Assembly: GCA_964016885.1 (NCBI GenBank)
Contig: OZ024742.1
Span: forward strand, 93,372,001-93,436,000
Direction of reading: 5' to 3'
Length of the DNA stretch: 64,000 nucleotides
Source of the DNA: Eledone cirrhosa
Lineage: Eukaryota
This document shows positions 1 to 12,480 of this stretch, piece after piece. The notes beneath the pieces are model-generated. The model had not been told where the DNA came from. It searched no databases and saw only the letters and a program-made list of their open reading frames with translations. The position numbers were made by a program, and so were the translations under genes. The first letter of the stretch is position 1, and each line of letters starts with the position of its first letter.

Positions 1-1957
1 TTTTACATTTATATGCATTATAGGCACTTATATTTTGTTTTATGATTTTGGTTGTTGAGTATGAGAATTTAACTGTTGATCTATTTAAGATTTGATGGTA
101 TTTGTGGTTTGGCGGGAAGTTTTTCTCTAGGATATTAAAGAATTTTTTAGGTATATTATCCTTAACTTGTAAATTAAATGGAGCATTATACCAAGTAACT
201 CGTCTATTACGGTTTCTATGTTGTTTATTGTTTTTATAGGATGCATCCTGATGTTTACTAGGAGAATTATTGTTAATGACCTCTCCACACACATTTTTAG
301 TTAGATTTATTGATTTAGGTGTTTTAGCTTGTTTATTAGGAGTTTTATTATTAACATTTATTAGAGTTGTAGGATGAATAGTTTTTTGAGAGTTACTATA
401 CTGTATATTAGAGGAGTTAGAGAAATTTGGTTTTATGTTGGTATTTTGGGGTATAGTGTGAGTGGAGTTTAGGTGTGTACGTTTCATTTGGTGTTTGTTG
501 GTAATATTAGGTTGTATGTTTGTAGTGTTATTGGTAGAAGGTATATATTCCAATCTATTTTTGTGGCCATTTCTAGCTAGAGCTTCGTTATAAAAGATCG
601 CATTTTTATCAAATACATCTTGGTTAGACGAAAGGTTGGAAATTCTAAGTGATATATTATATGCAAGGTTTTTAAGGATAGATTTAGGGTGATTAGATTG
701 TGAGTGTATGTAGTGTACATTTTGGTTGGGTTTATGGTAAGGTTGGTAGATACCCGTAGCTAAGTCTAATGTTATATCTAGGAAATTAACTACTTTACTT
801 GTGTTTTCAAATGTAATATCTAGACTATAATAGTCTTTAAGGAAAGTTCTAATAAGCTTTTTGTTTTTTTCTATCTCTGAGAGGCTAAGGTTATTGGAAA
901 GAAGAAGACAGTCGTCACGATATAAACCACCTTTAAGGTGGGGAAAGGAAGCATTTATGTTAAAAAGAAGAAAGAGGCCCACAAGATCAGTAATTTGGGC
1001 AGAATCGCTTGAGCCCATAGTAATATCAAATATATTACTATATGTGTTTCTGGTCCAGTATTCATTCTGAAATTCCCGTAGTGTTAGTCTAGCATGTGTA
1101 ATAATATTAATGTCATCCAAAGTTAAGTTAGATCTATTTTTAGCAAATATCAAGGCTTTGTTCAGGAGTATAGGTGATATAGAAGAATAGTAATTATCTA
1201 TATCAAATTGTAGAAATGAAGCAGAGGATTTATATCTAATATTATTAAACCAGTTAATTACCTGGGATGTGTTTTCCCAGAGTGGTAAATTAACATGTTT
1301 TCTTATTTGTGGGATGACTCTATCTAAAATGTTTTTACTAATTATTCCAATATCGGATTTGGAACGGCATATAAGTCTTATAGAAGGATTAGAGTTAAAG
1401 TTTGATTTATGATCTTTCAGGTTGAAGTGTGGTCTTTTCAATGCCAAATGTTCAGTTCTATCTTCAATATTAAGTCTATTCACTATGCTGTGTGTTTTGT
1501 TGTTGATGTTGGTAAGTGACGCATTATTTGTTTTTCTATAATTTTTCCTGAGTTCTTTATATATGAACTCATTATAATTTTCAATATCCATGTGATATAG
1601 GTTTCCAGTTTTGTCCGAGTGGACATGGATTTTTTTAGATTTTTTTAGGTCCAATACGGTAGAATCAAGGTCCTTTTGAAAGTTAGATTTATACCTCTTA
1701 AATTTGAGGTGTTTGATTAAATTAAAAAGGTCTTTCTCAAAGTTTTCAAGTAGAGAGTTGTGTGGTGGATTTTTATATGTAGTGAAATCATACAGATATT
1801 TCCTATCTGTACATTTTGATTTTTTATCGAAGTGGTAGGCCCTCCATCTGACTCTTCTGATAAATTGGTTGGTTTTTTGTATCATAAGAAGTAAGAAATC
1901 ATCCTTAGAAGGTAATGGTATATTCTTTAAAGAAGTTCCCAAGTATTGTTTTTCCAT
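1..1957 (-). CDS. Penelope-like element reverse transcriptase ORF, runs off the window edge; probably a C-terminal-endonuclease type
   Basis: My translation from the ATG at 1957 reads MEKQYLGTSLKNIPLPS...RVRWRAYHF...SDKTGNLY...LKDHKSNF...FDIDNYYSSI...FDITMGSSDSAQ...GLYRDD (YRDD at 922-911)...VNFLDITL...YHKPN...SNHP...WYNAPF...KFSYS. I found no stop in about 652 codons. It is probably absent from the ORF track because no stop codon falls inside the window. Confidence 0.9.
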   Translation of the reverse strand, partial: MEKQYLGTSLKNIPLPSKDDFLLLMIQKTNQFIRRVRWRAYHFDKKSKCTDRKYLYDFTTYKNPPHNSLLENFEKDLFNLIKHLKFKRYKSNFQKDLDSTVLDLKKSKKIHVHSDKTGNLYHMDIENYNEFIYKELRKNYRKTNNASLTNINNKTHSIVNRLNIEDRTEHLALKRPHFNLKDHKSNFNSNPSIRLICRSKSDIGIISKNILDRVIPQIRKHVNLPLWENTSQVINWFNNIRYKSSASFLQFDIDNYYSSISPILLNKALIFAKNRSNLTLDDINIITHARLTLREFQNEYWTRNTYSNIFDITMGSSDSAQITDLVGLFLLFNINASFPHLKGGLYRDDCLLLSNNLSLSEIEKNKKLIRTFLKDYYSLDITFENTSKVVNFLDITLDLATGIYQPYHKPNQNVHYIHSQSNHPKSILKNLAYNISLRISNLSSNQDVFDKNAIFYNEALARNGHKNRLEYIPSTNNTTNIQPNITNKHQMKRTHLNSTHTIPQNTNIKPNFSNSSNIQYSNSQKTIHPTTLINVNNKTPNKQAKTPKSINLTKNVCGEVINNNSPSKHQDASYKNNKQHRNRNRRVTWYNAPFNLQVKDNIPKKFFNILEKNFPPNHKYHQILNRSTVKFSYSTTKIIKQNISAYNAYKCK

Positions 1958-2303
1958 TGTGATATGGATAATGGACAAGAAAAAGAGCTCAACTATTTGT
2001 ATATGGAGTTATAAAGCCATACATATGTATATATATATATATATAAATTTACATACACATACAATACAAAAATAAGAATATCTCCGTGAAAATAGGAGCA
2101 AAGTATGTAGATAAATCTAACAAAAGTTTACGGTAGTGTCCAATCCGTATGAAGAACTCAATGTAATCCGGATATCATGAAAAGAAAAGATGCATTCAAA
2201 AACTACTTTCGGTGAAAAATAAACGGAAAACAGAGTCAAGATAAATTATTAAAAAAATAATGAATAAACAAAGAAACAGTTCCTTATATTAAACAAAAAA
2301 AGT

Positions 2304-2445
2304 TCATTATTTTACGATCGTTTCTAGGACATATATGTGTTAGAATTGGTATGCATATTCTATAGATCTATGTACAATATTTATACAAACTATCAGAGGG
2401 AATATACATACCTTCACATATATATGCTGTCTTCAGAAATAATGA
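2304..2445 (-). ncRNA. Type I hammerhead ribozyme motif with a greatly extended stem II
   Basis: The minus strand reads TCATTATTT-CTGAAGA-[~105-nt hairpin]-GAAAC-GATC-GTA-AAATAATGA. Stem I is a perfect 9 bp, the core is canonical and the cleavage triplet is GUA. Confidence 0.8.
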
Positions 2446-2590
2446 TGCTTGTTTATTGATAAGAACAAAGATTCAATACAATAGGTCTGTTTTGGAACAG
2501 GTTTTGAATAGACAAATGAAATAGAGATTGAAATATATAAAAAAATCTATCAAGAAATATAGTTAGTATGTATATATACATATATATATA

Positions 2591-3320
2591 CGCAGACTGA
2601 AAGGAAAGAAGCTTGCATGCTCCGTTGGATGTGTAATAGTAATATACGTGAACGGCAAAGCATAAATGAACTAAGGGAGAAATTAGGAATAAGAGGAATC
2701 AGATGTTGTTTACTTGAGAGAAGACTACGTTGGTATGGTCACGTGATGCGTATGAAAGACAACAGCTGTATAAAAGTGCAGGGCGATAAAAATAGACAGT
2801 AGCCATGGAGTAGGCAGACCCAGAAAAACCTGGGACGACTTGATAAATTCCAACCTCACACACTTACACCTCTCCAAGACAATGTCACTGGACCGAGATC
2901 TTTGGCGCTACACAGTAATACAGAAGACCCGCCTTGCCTAAGTACAAAGCGAAACCTACAGTCAGTAGGCACCTCTTAACAAAAATACACCCCCGTCCCG
3001 CTACCTCCACCCCATCCACACCACCCCTTTCGATGTAAAGTTATGTTGGTACCACAACATCCAGTCCGAAATAAATGAGGTCGTGTAGGTGTCACGAGAA
3101 AAAAACACAGAGTCCACGCTGTAATGTGGCCGTGTAGGTAACACGGTAAAAACCTCCCAGTCCACACTGTAAACGTGGTTGGTGTTAGGAAGGGCATCCA
3201 GCCGTAGAAAACCCACCAGACAGTCCTATACGAGCAAGACAACCAATCTTGCCTCAAGTGGGAAAATTCCTGTCCAAACCCATGCTAGCGTGGAAGATGG
3301 ACATGAAACGATGATGATGA

Positions 3321-3323
<3 letters not shown>
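2591..3323 (+). mobile_element. 5'-truncated RTE-clade LINE 3' end
   Basis: It encodes MLRWMCNSNIRERQSINELREKLGIRGIRCC...RRLRWYGHVMRM, near-identical to 61735-61890. It has the shared 3'UTR and (ATG)n tail and is flanked by (TA)n. Confidence 0.9.
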
Positions 3324-3356
<33 letters not shown>

Positions 3357-3376
3357 AGGAGTATATATATATATAT

Positions 3377-3627
3377 CGAAAGGTTGTGAGTTCAATTCTC
3401 AGACTGGGTGATGTGTTGTTTCCTTGAGCAAGACACTTTATTTCACATTGCTCCAGATTACTCAGCTCTAGAAATGGTTGTGGAGGTGCCATGGAAAAAA
3501 GCACCCAGCACTCACTGTAAATTAGGTTGGTGTTAGGAAGGGCATCCAGCTGTAGAAATCAAATCAGAATCAGTTCCCGTATAAGCAAGACAAGATCAGC
3601 CGATCAGACACTGCCCACAACAGGATA
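3377..3627 (+). mobile_element. tRNA/CORE-type SINE with an RTE-derived 3' tail, truncated
   Basis: B-box-like GAGTTCAATT and CORE-like TTCCTTGAGCAAGACACTTTATTTCAC are followed by RTE 3'UTR sequence. It is homologous to 55560-55821 (-). Confidence 0.75.
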
Positions 3628-3859
3628 AAATGTAAAATTGAAATGTATATCTTTGTGTATATGGGTTTCTATGAACTCATAATAGCAGATGTATGATATT
3701 ATGTGGTAGTATATAATATAGAGATGTTTTATTTAATTGTTGTAGCTGGGTGTGGAAAATAGAAAAGTTATTGAGAAAGTATAAAAATCAATATCAAGGT
3801 GGTTGAAGATCAATTGAATTCATTGAGTGTTTCCACTTAGAAAGGAGTTGCTTTGAGAT

Positions 3860-4760
3860 GTAGATATTCTTTAAAACTTTCATTCTTAGAGTTCAAATAA
3901 CTATCATTCACAGAGGAAAAACTTGTAAGGTTCTAAATTTTTCCCTGAGGCAGAGAGATTTCTTGATACAATTGGTATAAAGTGTAAACTTTTCAAATGC
4001 TTTCCAAATAATTATGTGGTATTCTTTTTTTTAAAATTTAATTCCTGTGCTGGTTCTCATATCGGGGTTCCAGAAGGTGTGGAGATGTGAGTAAAATTAT
4101 TGTTTAAAACGATCTTGCACCATACCCACATATCTTTCACTAACTTCAGAATGTTCTGCAGTGGTGTGTGTAATTTCTGCCTCACACATAATGGATTTGA
4201 TATTACATTTCTGTTGCAGAGGGCAATTCACCTTACTTTTACAAAAGCAACTTGGATTTATGTTGGTCTCATAGATGTGCCACAGGAATAGGATACCCTG
4301 ACAGAATTGCAATTGAATATTTTACTGTATCTATGTTGTGTGGGCAAATGGCTATCAATTAGATATAAAAACTTATTACCTGCATTAGTCTTTACTTTAA
4401 GGGAGTGGGGAGGATGTGGACGGATCAGAGAATTCTTTTGGGTTTGGATTGATTAGGTGTATACTTAATTTTATCTTTAAAACCATTATCTAAGTGGGCC
4501 TGATTGTAGTATGACTCAGGCTAATTGAATATCTCCTTGGAGGCTGATAGATTTGAGATCCTATGACTAATATTAGAAACTAGTTTTTTAAAGCTGTGGG
4601 GGTGGTATATTCCTTTGTTAATATATTCCAGTTTTTCATTGGTTTTATCGTTTATATGAAGCTGTGGTTAGGTCTAAGTTGACTTCAAAGAAATTTGCAT
4701 TCATGAGATTCGTGTCAACCATTATCTTAAGTCCTAGTGTGCAAAAAGTGTCAATGAAAT
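3860..4760 (-). pseudogene. Decayed Penelope-like element (RT thumb plus GIY-YIG endonuclease region)
   Basis: The minus-strand ORF reads CFCKSKVNCPLQQKC...IMCEAEI...RYVGM (CxC-CPL-C followed by a GIY-YIG-like segment). A thumb-like ISNLSASKEIFN lies near 4520-4560. There are many stops and frameshifts. Confidence 0.75.
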
Positions 4761-5261
4761 CTTTATGGAATCTGTCTAGAGTGTGGCGGTTGTAATAAAA
4801 AATAAAGGACCATTCTTTGGGTGTGGAATGTCAGTTCATATTCCTTGTCACTGCTGCACACAAAAGAACAGGTAAAGTCTAAAGTATTACCAAGGACAGT
4901 CCTAGAAATAGAGAGGTAAGAATCAATAATACTGAACTGTGTCAATTTAGCCTTGTTCTTAGAAGCAATGTCTATGAACTAGGATATGAAAGATGTGTTA
5001 TTTCACAGTGACAGGTTGGTGATTTGTGATTTAAATAATGTGTGTATTAATTTGTCGATAATCTTTGCAAAAACTTCTAGTTTTAAAAGTCAGTCCATTT
5101 TGATTAAATAAAATTGTTAAAAAGTTTCAAAGAAAATATATTTGTATATAAAATGGTTGAATAAATATTTGAGTAATATGTAAAATTCTAATGTTGAAAT
5201 ATATTACCTTAGTGTTATATTTGTAGTGTTTTAAAACCAGTGCATTTCTATTAAATACAAA

Positions 5262-5494
5262 TTAAACTCTTTCACTACCATATTTCTAATAAAATATACT
5301 GCATATGATTTTCCAATAATTTAAAATATAATCAAGAAATTTGAGAGATTCAGTAATATAACTAACTTTTTCATTATTCAAATAAAATTTTCTTTCATAA
5401 GATTAGCATAGAAGGTTTGAATTTAAATATGAACACTTTAAAACAAACGGTTTTAGTAAATGGTTTCAGGTGGTTTGATATCAGAAAGGGTTAA
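5262..5494. mobile_element. TTAA-flanked piggyBac-like MITE (family with several copies in the window)
   Basis: It reads ttaa(a)ctctttcactaccatatttct...gatatcagaaaggg-TTAA. Homologues lie at about 7160-7362, 39668-39926, 42148-42506, 48554 onward and 49676-49973. Confidence 0.6.
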
Positions 5495-6639
5495 ACAATA
5501 AAAAAACATTGCAAATATAATGGAAATAGTTGGAAACGTTGCAATTGTAGGCTATTGATCGAGAGTGAAAGTTTGCCAATGTTGTCAGAAGTAATCAAGT
5601 GCAAGTTGTTAATGTCACAAATGAAGATCATGGAGGACATAACTGAATGGTGAGGCACAGTATTTATTAGGATAGTGTTGGTATTTATTCTGAGTTCAAA
5701 TCCTGCTGAAGTCAGCTTTGTCTTTTATCATTTTAGGGTTGATAAACAAAGTACCATTGTGGAATTGTCAACACCTCAGATGAAATGCATTTTAGTATCT
5801 ATTACAGCTCTGTAATTTATGAGTTCATACTCAACTCCTATCACCAGAAAAGCAGTGACACGTGTCAGGAGTTGCAAAACATATACTATCAGCAATGAAA
5901 AAACCTAATTTCAAGTAGATTGGAAAAATTAAATATAAATTAGGCTTGGTTTTCTATTGGAACAGATTTCCTCCATTTCTATTTTGAATGGGAAAGGCAT
6001 GAGCACTAAACCACCATCATTTGTAAACAGAGAATTATCATGAAAGATGCCATTATTATTTTGGCCTCGTGCCAATGTGACGAAATAATTTTCTGTTTTT
6101 GAATTGTCATTTTAAAATTTATTAAAAAACATTTTTTTAAACTCATTAACTTAATTGAATTTTATTTTAATCTTTATTTTCTGGTGTGTTTATTTACATA
6201 AAGTTACATTAAATTTTCTTAACGTTTTTCCTTAACTAAAATGAGATCATGCTGCTATCTGTGTAGCCTTTCATACACCAGGTGTCTATAAATTAAATGT
6301 CTAACCCTGCTGGAAAAGATATAACACAACAGAGGTGTTGACAGATCACAAGTTCAAATCCACTGCAGGTGGTGCTTCATCATATTTATGGCTTAACTCC
6401 TTTCTTCTAAGACGTCTCAGTGGAATAGAATGGAAATGGAATGAACTTCCATTGGCTTCAATGATTAGTATTCCAGTTGTTCAATGAACGGAACAATGTG
6501 CTTATGGAATTAATATACAAGTGGCTGAGCATTGCAAGGACACCATGTAACCTTATCATAATTCTCAGGAGGATTCAGGGTGATACTGTGTGGGTTAAGG
6601 TTGTCACTTTGAATTACAGGTACAAACCATCTGATGGTT

Positions 6640-6795
6640 TTCCAAACAGTTTCCAGCTACCTAATTTCACTCACAATGTGTGGATCAATACTAAGCTGTA
6701 GGAAATGATACTTGCCCAAGATTCCACATAGTGGGATCAAACTCAGGACCTTATGATTGCACAGCAAACTTCTTAACAATTCAACCATGCTGCAT
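6640..6795 (-). mobile_element. Diverged tRNA/CORE-type SINE
   Basis: The reverse complement has a tRNA-like head and TCTTGGGCAAGTATC. Relatives lie at 45245-45400 (+) and 50370-50500 (-). Confidence 0.55.
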
Positions 6796-8009
6796 CTACT
6801 TCTCTGTTCATTAAATATTTGATAAGAGCTACTAGATTATATCTACAGGAACCTACTTGTTATAGATTCATATCACATTTCAAATTACAGCAGTTTAACT
6901 CTTTTAAAACCAACCCACTTGAAAACATCCTGTTTTAAGAAAAGGATGATAGGGTCTTACTATAATCCTTGTCAATGGCCTCACTAGCTTGATTAGCACA
7001 TTTTCAATAATGAACCACATCTTTCCATTCCTAAGAACTTTTATTCTCTTAATAGTGTATCCTAAATAGTGTATCATACTTTTTCTTTTATGCACCTTTT
7101 TTATATTTTAAATTTTATACACGGCTAGTGGAATAAATGATAAGAAAAGAAAAGAAAGTGTTTATATTTGAATTAAAACTTCTCATCATAATTTTAACCA
7201 AGAAACCTTTCTTAAGTTTTCCTCCAAATATAATCTTTCAATGAAAAATCAAATTATTTTACTAAACCTCTCAAAAACTTTGATTACTTTATGATTTTTG
7301 ATTATTTAAATAAAAGATGTAAGCAATGTATTGTGCTAGAAATATGATATCAAAAGAATTAATTATGCTTTCCATTATATTATATTACACTAAGTAGTCA
7401 CAAAACCTGGTAGAAATGGCAAACAAATATGACTCTCTCTAGAGAATATTAGTGAAGTTTAATTAGTTTTGATCACACCACACCATAAAATGAAGCCTCT
7501 AGTAAGTGTAACCAAATATCCCTCCATATAAAATACCTCATAATAATACTCATTTTAATTATATTTTTCATTGCATCATATAATATAAGGAAGCTTTAGC
7601 ATGGTTGCAACATAAACATGAAATTAGTCAAATATTCCTCTATCAAGAAACATTTCTTGTTATTTTTACTCACATCTTTTCTGGGATTAGTGCAGTTTCA
7701 TTAAACTTTTCATCACATCATATCAGGGAGCCATTATGTATCATAAAGGCTGCTAGAAATGCAGCTAAATATTCCTCAAGTCATGTTGCAGCTACCATAC
7801 ATTGTTGAAATTAGACCTAAATCTTTTATAGATTATGTACTGTACAGCATAATTAAAGGGTTAAAAAATTTGATTTGCAATAATACGTTCCCATGTTCAA
7901 TCATAATGAATGACAGTATGGACAAGTGTCATTACTATAGACTTAGGTGACCTAAGACTTCTGAATTAAATTGGGTAGATGGAAACTATTTAAAAGTCTG
8001 TTTTGCCAT

Positions 8010-8925
8010 TGGTGGTGATTGTGGCAGTAGTGTTAGTGCTTTTACTGGTGGTTGATGCTATAATATTAGTATATAGGTGGTGGTGGTGGTGGTGGTGGTA
8101 AAGCCAGATTGCTATTGTTGCTGTTATTGTTGTTGTCATTGCCAGTGCTGTAACTGCCATCATCATCATCATCATCATCATTATCATTAATGTTGTTGTT
8201 GTTATTGTTGTTATTTTTGTTGATGTTGCTATTGCTGTTGCTGACATTGATGCTGTGATTGTAGTTGTTACCATTGTTATTCTTATCACTGTTGTTATCA
8301 ATGTTGTTGTTATCACTGTTGTTGCTGCCCTTGTTGTTGCTGTCATTGTTGTTGTTATCATCATCTTTGTTGTTGTTGTTATAGCCATCCTTACTCCTCT
8401 TACCATTTGCAGTTTCATTCAATAAACGGATGAAAATTAAAGCAATAAATCCCAATTTTAATCAAAACTTTCCTCCGCTCCTCCCCTACACTCTGTAGTT
8501 AATTGCACATCCTTCTATCCACTCTACTGTAGCCATCGCCGTAAATGTTACCGATTCCAACAAAAGGGTGACAGCTGGAACTAAATCATTCATAACCCTC
8601 AACATTTTCACCAACAACAAGATTGGCAAGAGTAAAATCAATAGAAGCCCCCACCACCACCGTCGCCACTACTCCTGCCACAACCACTGCTACCCCTAAC
8701 ACTACCACTGCCACAACCACCACCAACACCACCACCACCACTACCACCAATACCCCCACAACCATCACCAGCAACACCTCCACTAGCATTACCACCACCA
8801 ACAACAATAATAACATTGCCCTACCACCACTAATGCTACAAGCCTCTACCACCATCACCAACATTTCTACTGCCACTACTGCCACCAACATTAATAGCAG
8901 CAACAACAACAGCCACCATAACATG
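8010..8925. repeat. Degenerate triplet microsatellites: (GGT), (CAT), (GTT), then (ACC/AAC)
   Basis: The low-complexity tracts are directly visible and explain the poly-T/N/V ORFs here. Confidence 0.9.
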
Positions 8926-9214
8926 TGATGGGGGAGCTAACAAAACCTCATTGACAGACTCTTTCTCATTGGATATGCTCATTACTAATTATTTGTGTCC
9001 AAAGGTCCCTGCTCCTCTCATATTTCCCCGTAATTATAGCATCCTTTCACAGTTTCTAACAATCCTCTGCCCAATCAACAACTGCAACATTGCCTTAATA
9101 TCTGCAATCTCAGACATGGCTGTCTTGTTAAAAAGATCAGCACATGTCTACTATCATAGCCTTGGGTTGACCATTTCAAAATATTAATAAGAGTGAATAG
9201 GGATATCTCTCTTT

Positions 9215-9690
9215 TTCTCTCATCTCATCTGACCCATAGCCTGCTGGACCATTGGGGCACCACAGATGCCCTAGAAACCAGCTCCTTCCATTCCTCTCAC
9301 CTCTCCCCCTTCTCATGGTTGCACCCAGCTTCCCTGTCCATTCCGGGATGTTGTCCTTCCATCTCTTTTTCTGTCTGTCTCTTTTCCTCCCTCCTTGTAA
9401 TGTTCCCTGCAGGACAGTCTTGGCAAGCCCAGAAGATCTAGTCATGTGCCTGTATCATCGCAATTTGCGTTGTTTTACAATGGTCAATGGTTTGCGTAGG
9501 GCCCAATGGCTTGCCAAATTCTGTTTCACACCTCCTCATTGGAGATGCGGTCTCTGTATGTTATGCCAAGGAGCTTTCTGAAACATCTCATCTCCATAGC
9601 CTGTATTCTTCTTTCCAGATCTGCTGTTATTGTCCAAGACTCACTGGCATACAAGAATATAGACATGACCAGAGAGCACATCAATCTGAA
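9215..9690 (-). mobile_element. RTE-clade LINE 3' fragment (second family)
   Basis: It encodes MTRSSGLAKTVLQGTLQGGRKRDRQKKRWKDNIPEWTG, with upstream IFLYASESWT...IQAMEMRCFRKLLGI motifs. Confidence 0.85.
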
Positions 9691-9726
9691 TAAGTGTCTC
9701 CTTGTGATTGTTTAGATAATATATAT

Positions 9727-9771
9727 GCCTTCTGATGAGGACCCAATGAGGTCCAAAAATCGATTGAAGGT
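9727..9771 (+). ncRNA. Decayed minimal hammerhead ribozyme motif
   Basis: The sequence is GCCTT-CTGATGA-GGACC-caatga-GGTCC-AAAA-ATCGAT-TG-AAGGT. Stems I and II are intact, GAAA has become AAAA, and the NUH triplet is lost. Confidence 0.55.
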
Positions 9772-10003
9772 GTTTATAATGTTTTCCATTAAGAGGGAAA
9801 TTTAAATTTCTGGCATATTTATATGTCTACATATTAAAAATGTATATATGTATATCTATTGTAGCCTCAGTTACCCATTCTGTATATATACAGATATAAC
9901 ACTATTCTACATTTCAGCTGCTTAGCACATTTCTTACATATATATATATATATATACACACACACATATATATATAGAGAGAGACATATATATGTACACA
10001 TTA

Positions 10004-10059
<56 letters not shown>

Positions 10060-10157
10060 TGCAGTCTCCATCTCAACAAGGAAGATATAAAAACTCATCT
10101 CAACACTTGATTTTAAATCTCTAATTTTTAGTTTTTAATCCTTATTAATTCTTTTTA

Positions 10158-10669
<512 letters not shown>

Positions 10670-10988
10670 TATAGGTAATATTTACCTTTAAGTATGATTA
10701 ACCTTCCTTGTATATATCCCATTAAAGAAATATATTTCACCAATTAATCAGATGGTAAGTCACGGAAAGTGGATATTATTGGATTGTCAACAAGGAAAGT
10801 GTAATAATGTCCAGCCATCCGTCCATACAGAACGAGCACAAATCTTCATCTAGGCGTTACCACTTGTTGTGTCTACACAAGATAGCGGTTTCGTTTCAGT
10901 GGCGTGAATAGGTATTCGACAACTAGAAATAGCAGTCAAATTTTCTTCAACAGAAATAGCTCTACAATTAAGGAGCCGTATATATATA

Positions 10989-11201
10989 TCTATATCTAAA
11001 ATTAAGATAAAATAAATTAAATGAATTTAATCTAAATCGAAATTGTGGGTGTCATGACATAAACATGCACCATATATCCTGGAAATTAAGCTCTAAGATA
11101 AATCTGAGCATATTATAATAACTAGAAATTGATTAACATATAAATATACATGAATAATCACAGGAGATAATTTTTGCCCGCGTGTAACCACGCATAGCTA
11201 G
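10989..11201 (+). mobile_element. Non-autonomous Helitron-like element, copy 2
   Basis: This is a near-identical direct copy 532 bp downstream with the same hairpin and CTAG end. Confidence 0.65.
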
Positions 11202-11246
11202 TATAGGTTATATTTACCTTTAAGTATGATTAACCTTTAAGTATGA

Positions 11247-11739
11247 AAAAAGGTGCAGAGCACTCAAAGTTGATGGAAGGCTTGGAATGGAGAGACCCAG
11301 GAAGACTTGGGATGCGGTGATAAAAGCTGACCTTGCCCAATTGCACCTCTCAAAGGCGATGACACAGGACCGAGATCTCTGGCATCACGCAGTGAAACAG
11401 AAGACCTGACTTCCAATGGGCACAGGCCAAAACTGAAGCACATATATACAGTATGCCCCACCACCCCACCCCAGCCTCCCGTGTGTAGGGGTCATGACAA
11501 AAAGCACCCAGCCCACACTGTAAAGTGGTCGTGTAGGCATCACGACAAAAAGCACCCAGCACACACTGTAAATGTGATTGCCATTAGGGAGGGCATCCAG
11601 CTGTAGAAACCAAGCCCAAATCACTTCTGTATGTGTAAGACATGGTAACCTGACCTAGCATTGCTCATAACAGGACAACTCGTCTAACCCATGCTAGTGT
11701 GGAAAATGGATGTAAATTGGTGATGATGATGATGATGAT
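11247..11739 (+). mobile_element. RTE LINE 3' end with (ATG)n tail
   Basis: It encodes GRPRKTWDAVIKADL and its 3'UTR is homologous to 61890-62378. Confidence 0.85.
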
Positions 11740-12480
11740 TACGCAATAAATAACAAAGCAGTTAAAAGATACTCTAACTTGTAGAACTCTGTATTTCCTT
11801 GAAACATACTTTGACAAATACTGCTCTAGAAAATGAAGACTTCTGTAGACTTTCCCAACATTGTGTATTGCCTAACTCTTCTGAACATAAATAATTTTTT
11901 CAGAGAAATAGACTAACATCTCATCATAGCTCTCATGCTTCAAAACGTTTTCTACAATTTAAACTGAACCACTATAATACAATCACACATAAATTTCGAT
12001 TCTTATCAATTTATATATTTTTATTCATTATTTTATTTGTTAGTATTAGTATTTAATGCATTTTCATTTTACTTTGAAACCTGTTAATTGAAAAATTTTC
12101 ATGCAATGCAGTTTAACGGATTCTCTTTGGAATTTAAAGCAGTTTTAATAACCTTGTATTAAGGTGAGGATGTTGCATCAGTTTTGAATAAATAGATAAA
12201 ACATCGTGGTTTATTTCATTACATTGTGAAAAAAGATAGATTATGGGAAAGTGAGAGAGAGAGAGAGAGAGAGAAAGGTGGAGAGTAAGACATGTTCAAA
12301 GAACTGCCACATTCCTAGAGAAGTTCAAAACACAGCCTAAATTGATTTTAATAATCCATCTATACATATAACATGTATATATACACGCATGTGCTCAGGT
12401 GATATAGGTGTGTGTGTGTGAGTGCATGTGCATATATATATATATTTATATCTTCATATATATGCATTTATAAATATATA

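Larger units (their letters stand above)
1..2580 (-). mobile_element. Penelope-like retroelement with upstream pseudo-LTR/5' region
   Basis: The RT ORF is preceded by a ~600-bp region that carries an HHR and is bounded by (TA)n tracts. The outer boundary is approximate. Confidence 0.75.

Noticed and set aside
3660-3700. Possible HHR at the 3' side of the second PLE (minus strand TATGA-gt-TCATA-GAAAC)
   Set aside because: There is no recognisable CUGANGA and no stem I.
7990-8928. Asn/Asp/Pro-rich and Thr-rich ORFs resembling low-complexity transcription-factor or mucin segments
   Set aside because: They are entirely microsatellite-derived, with no domain or convincing splice sites.
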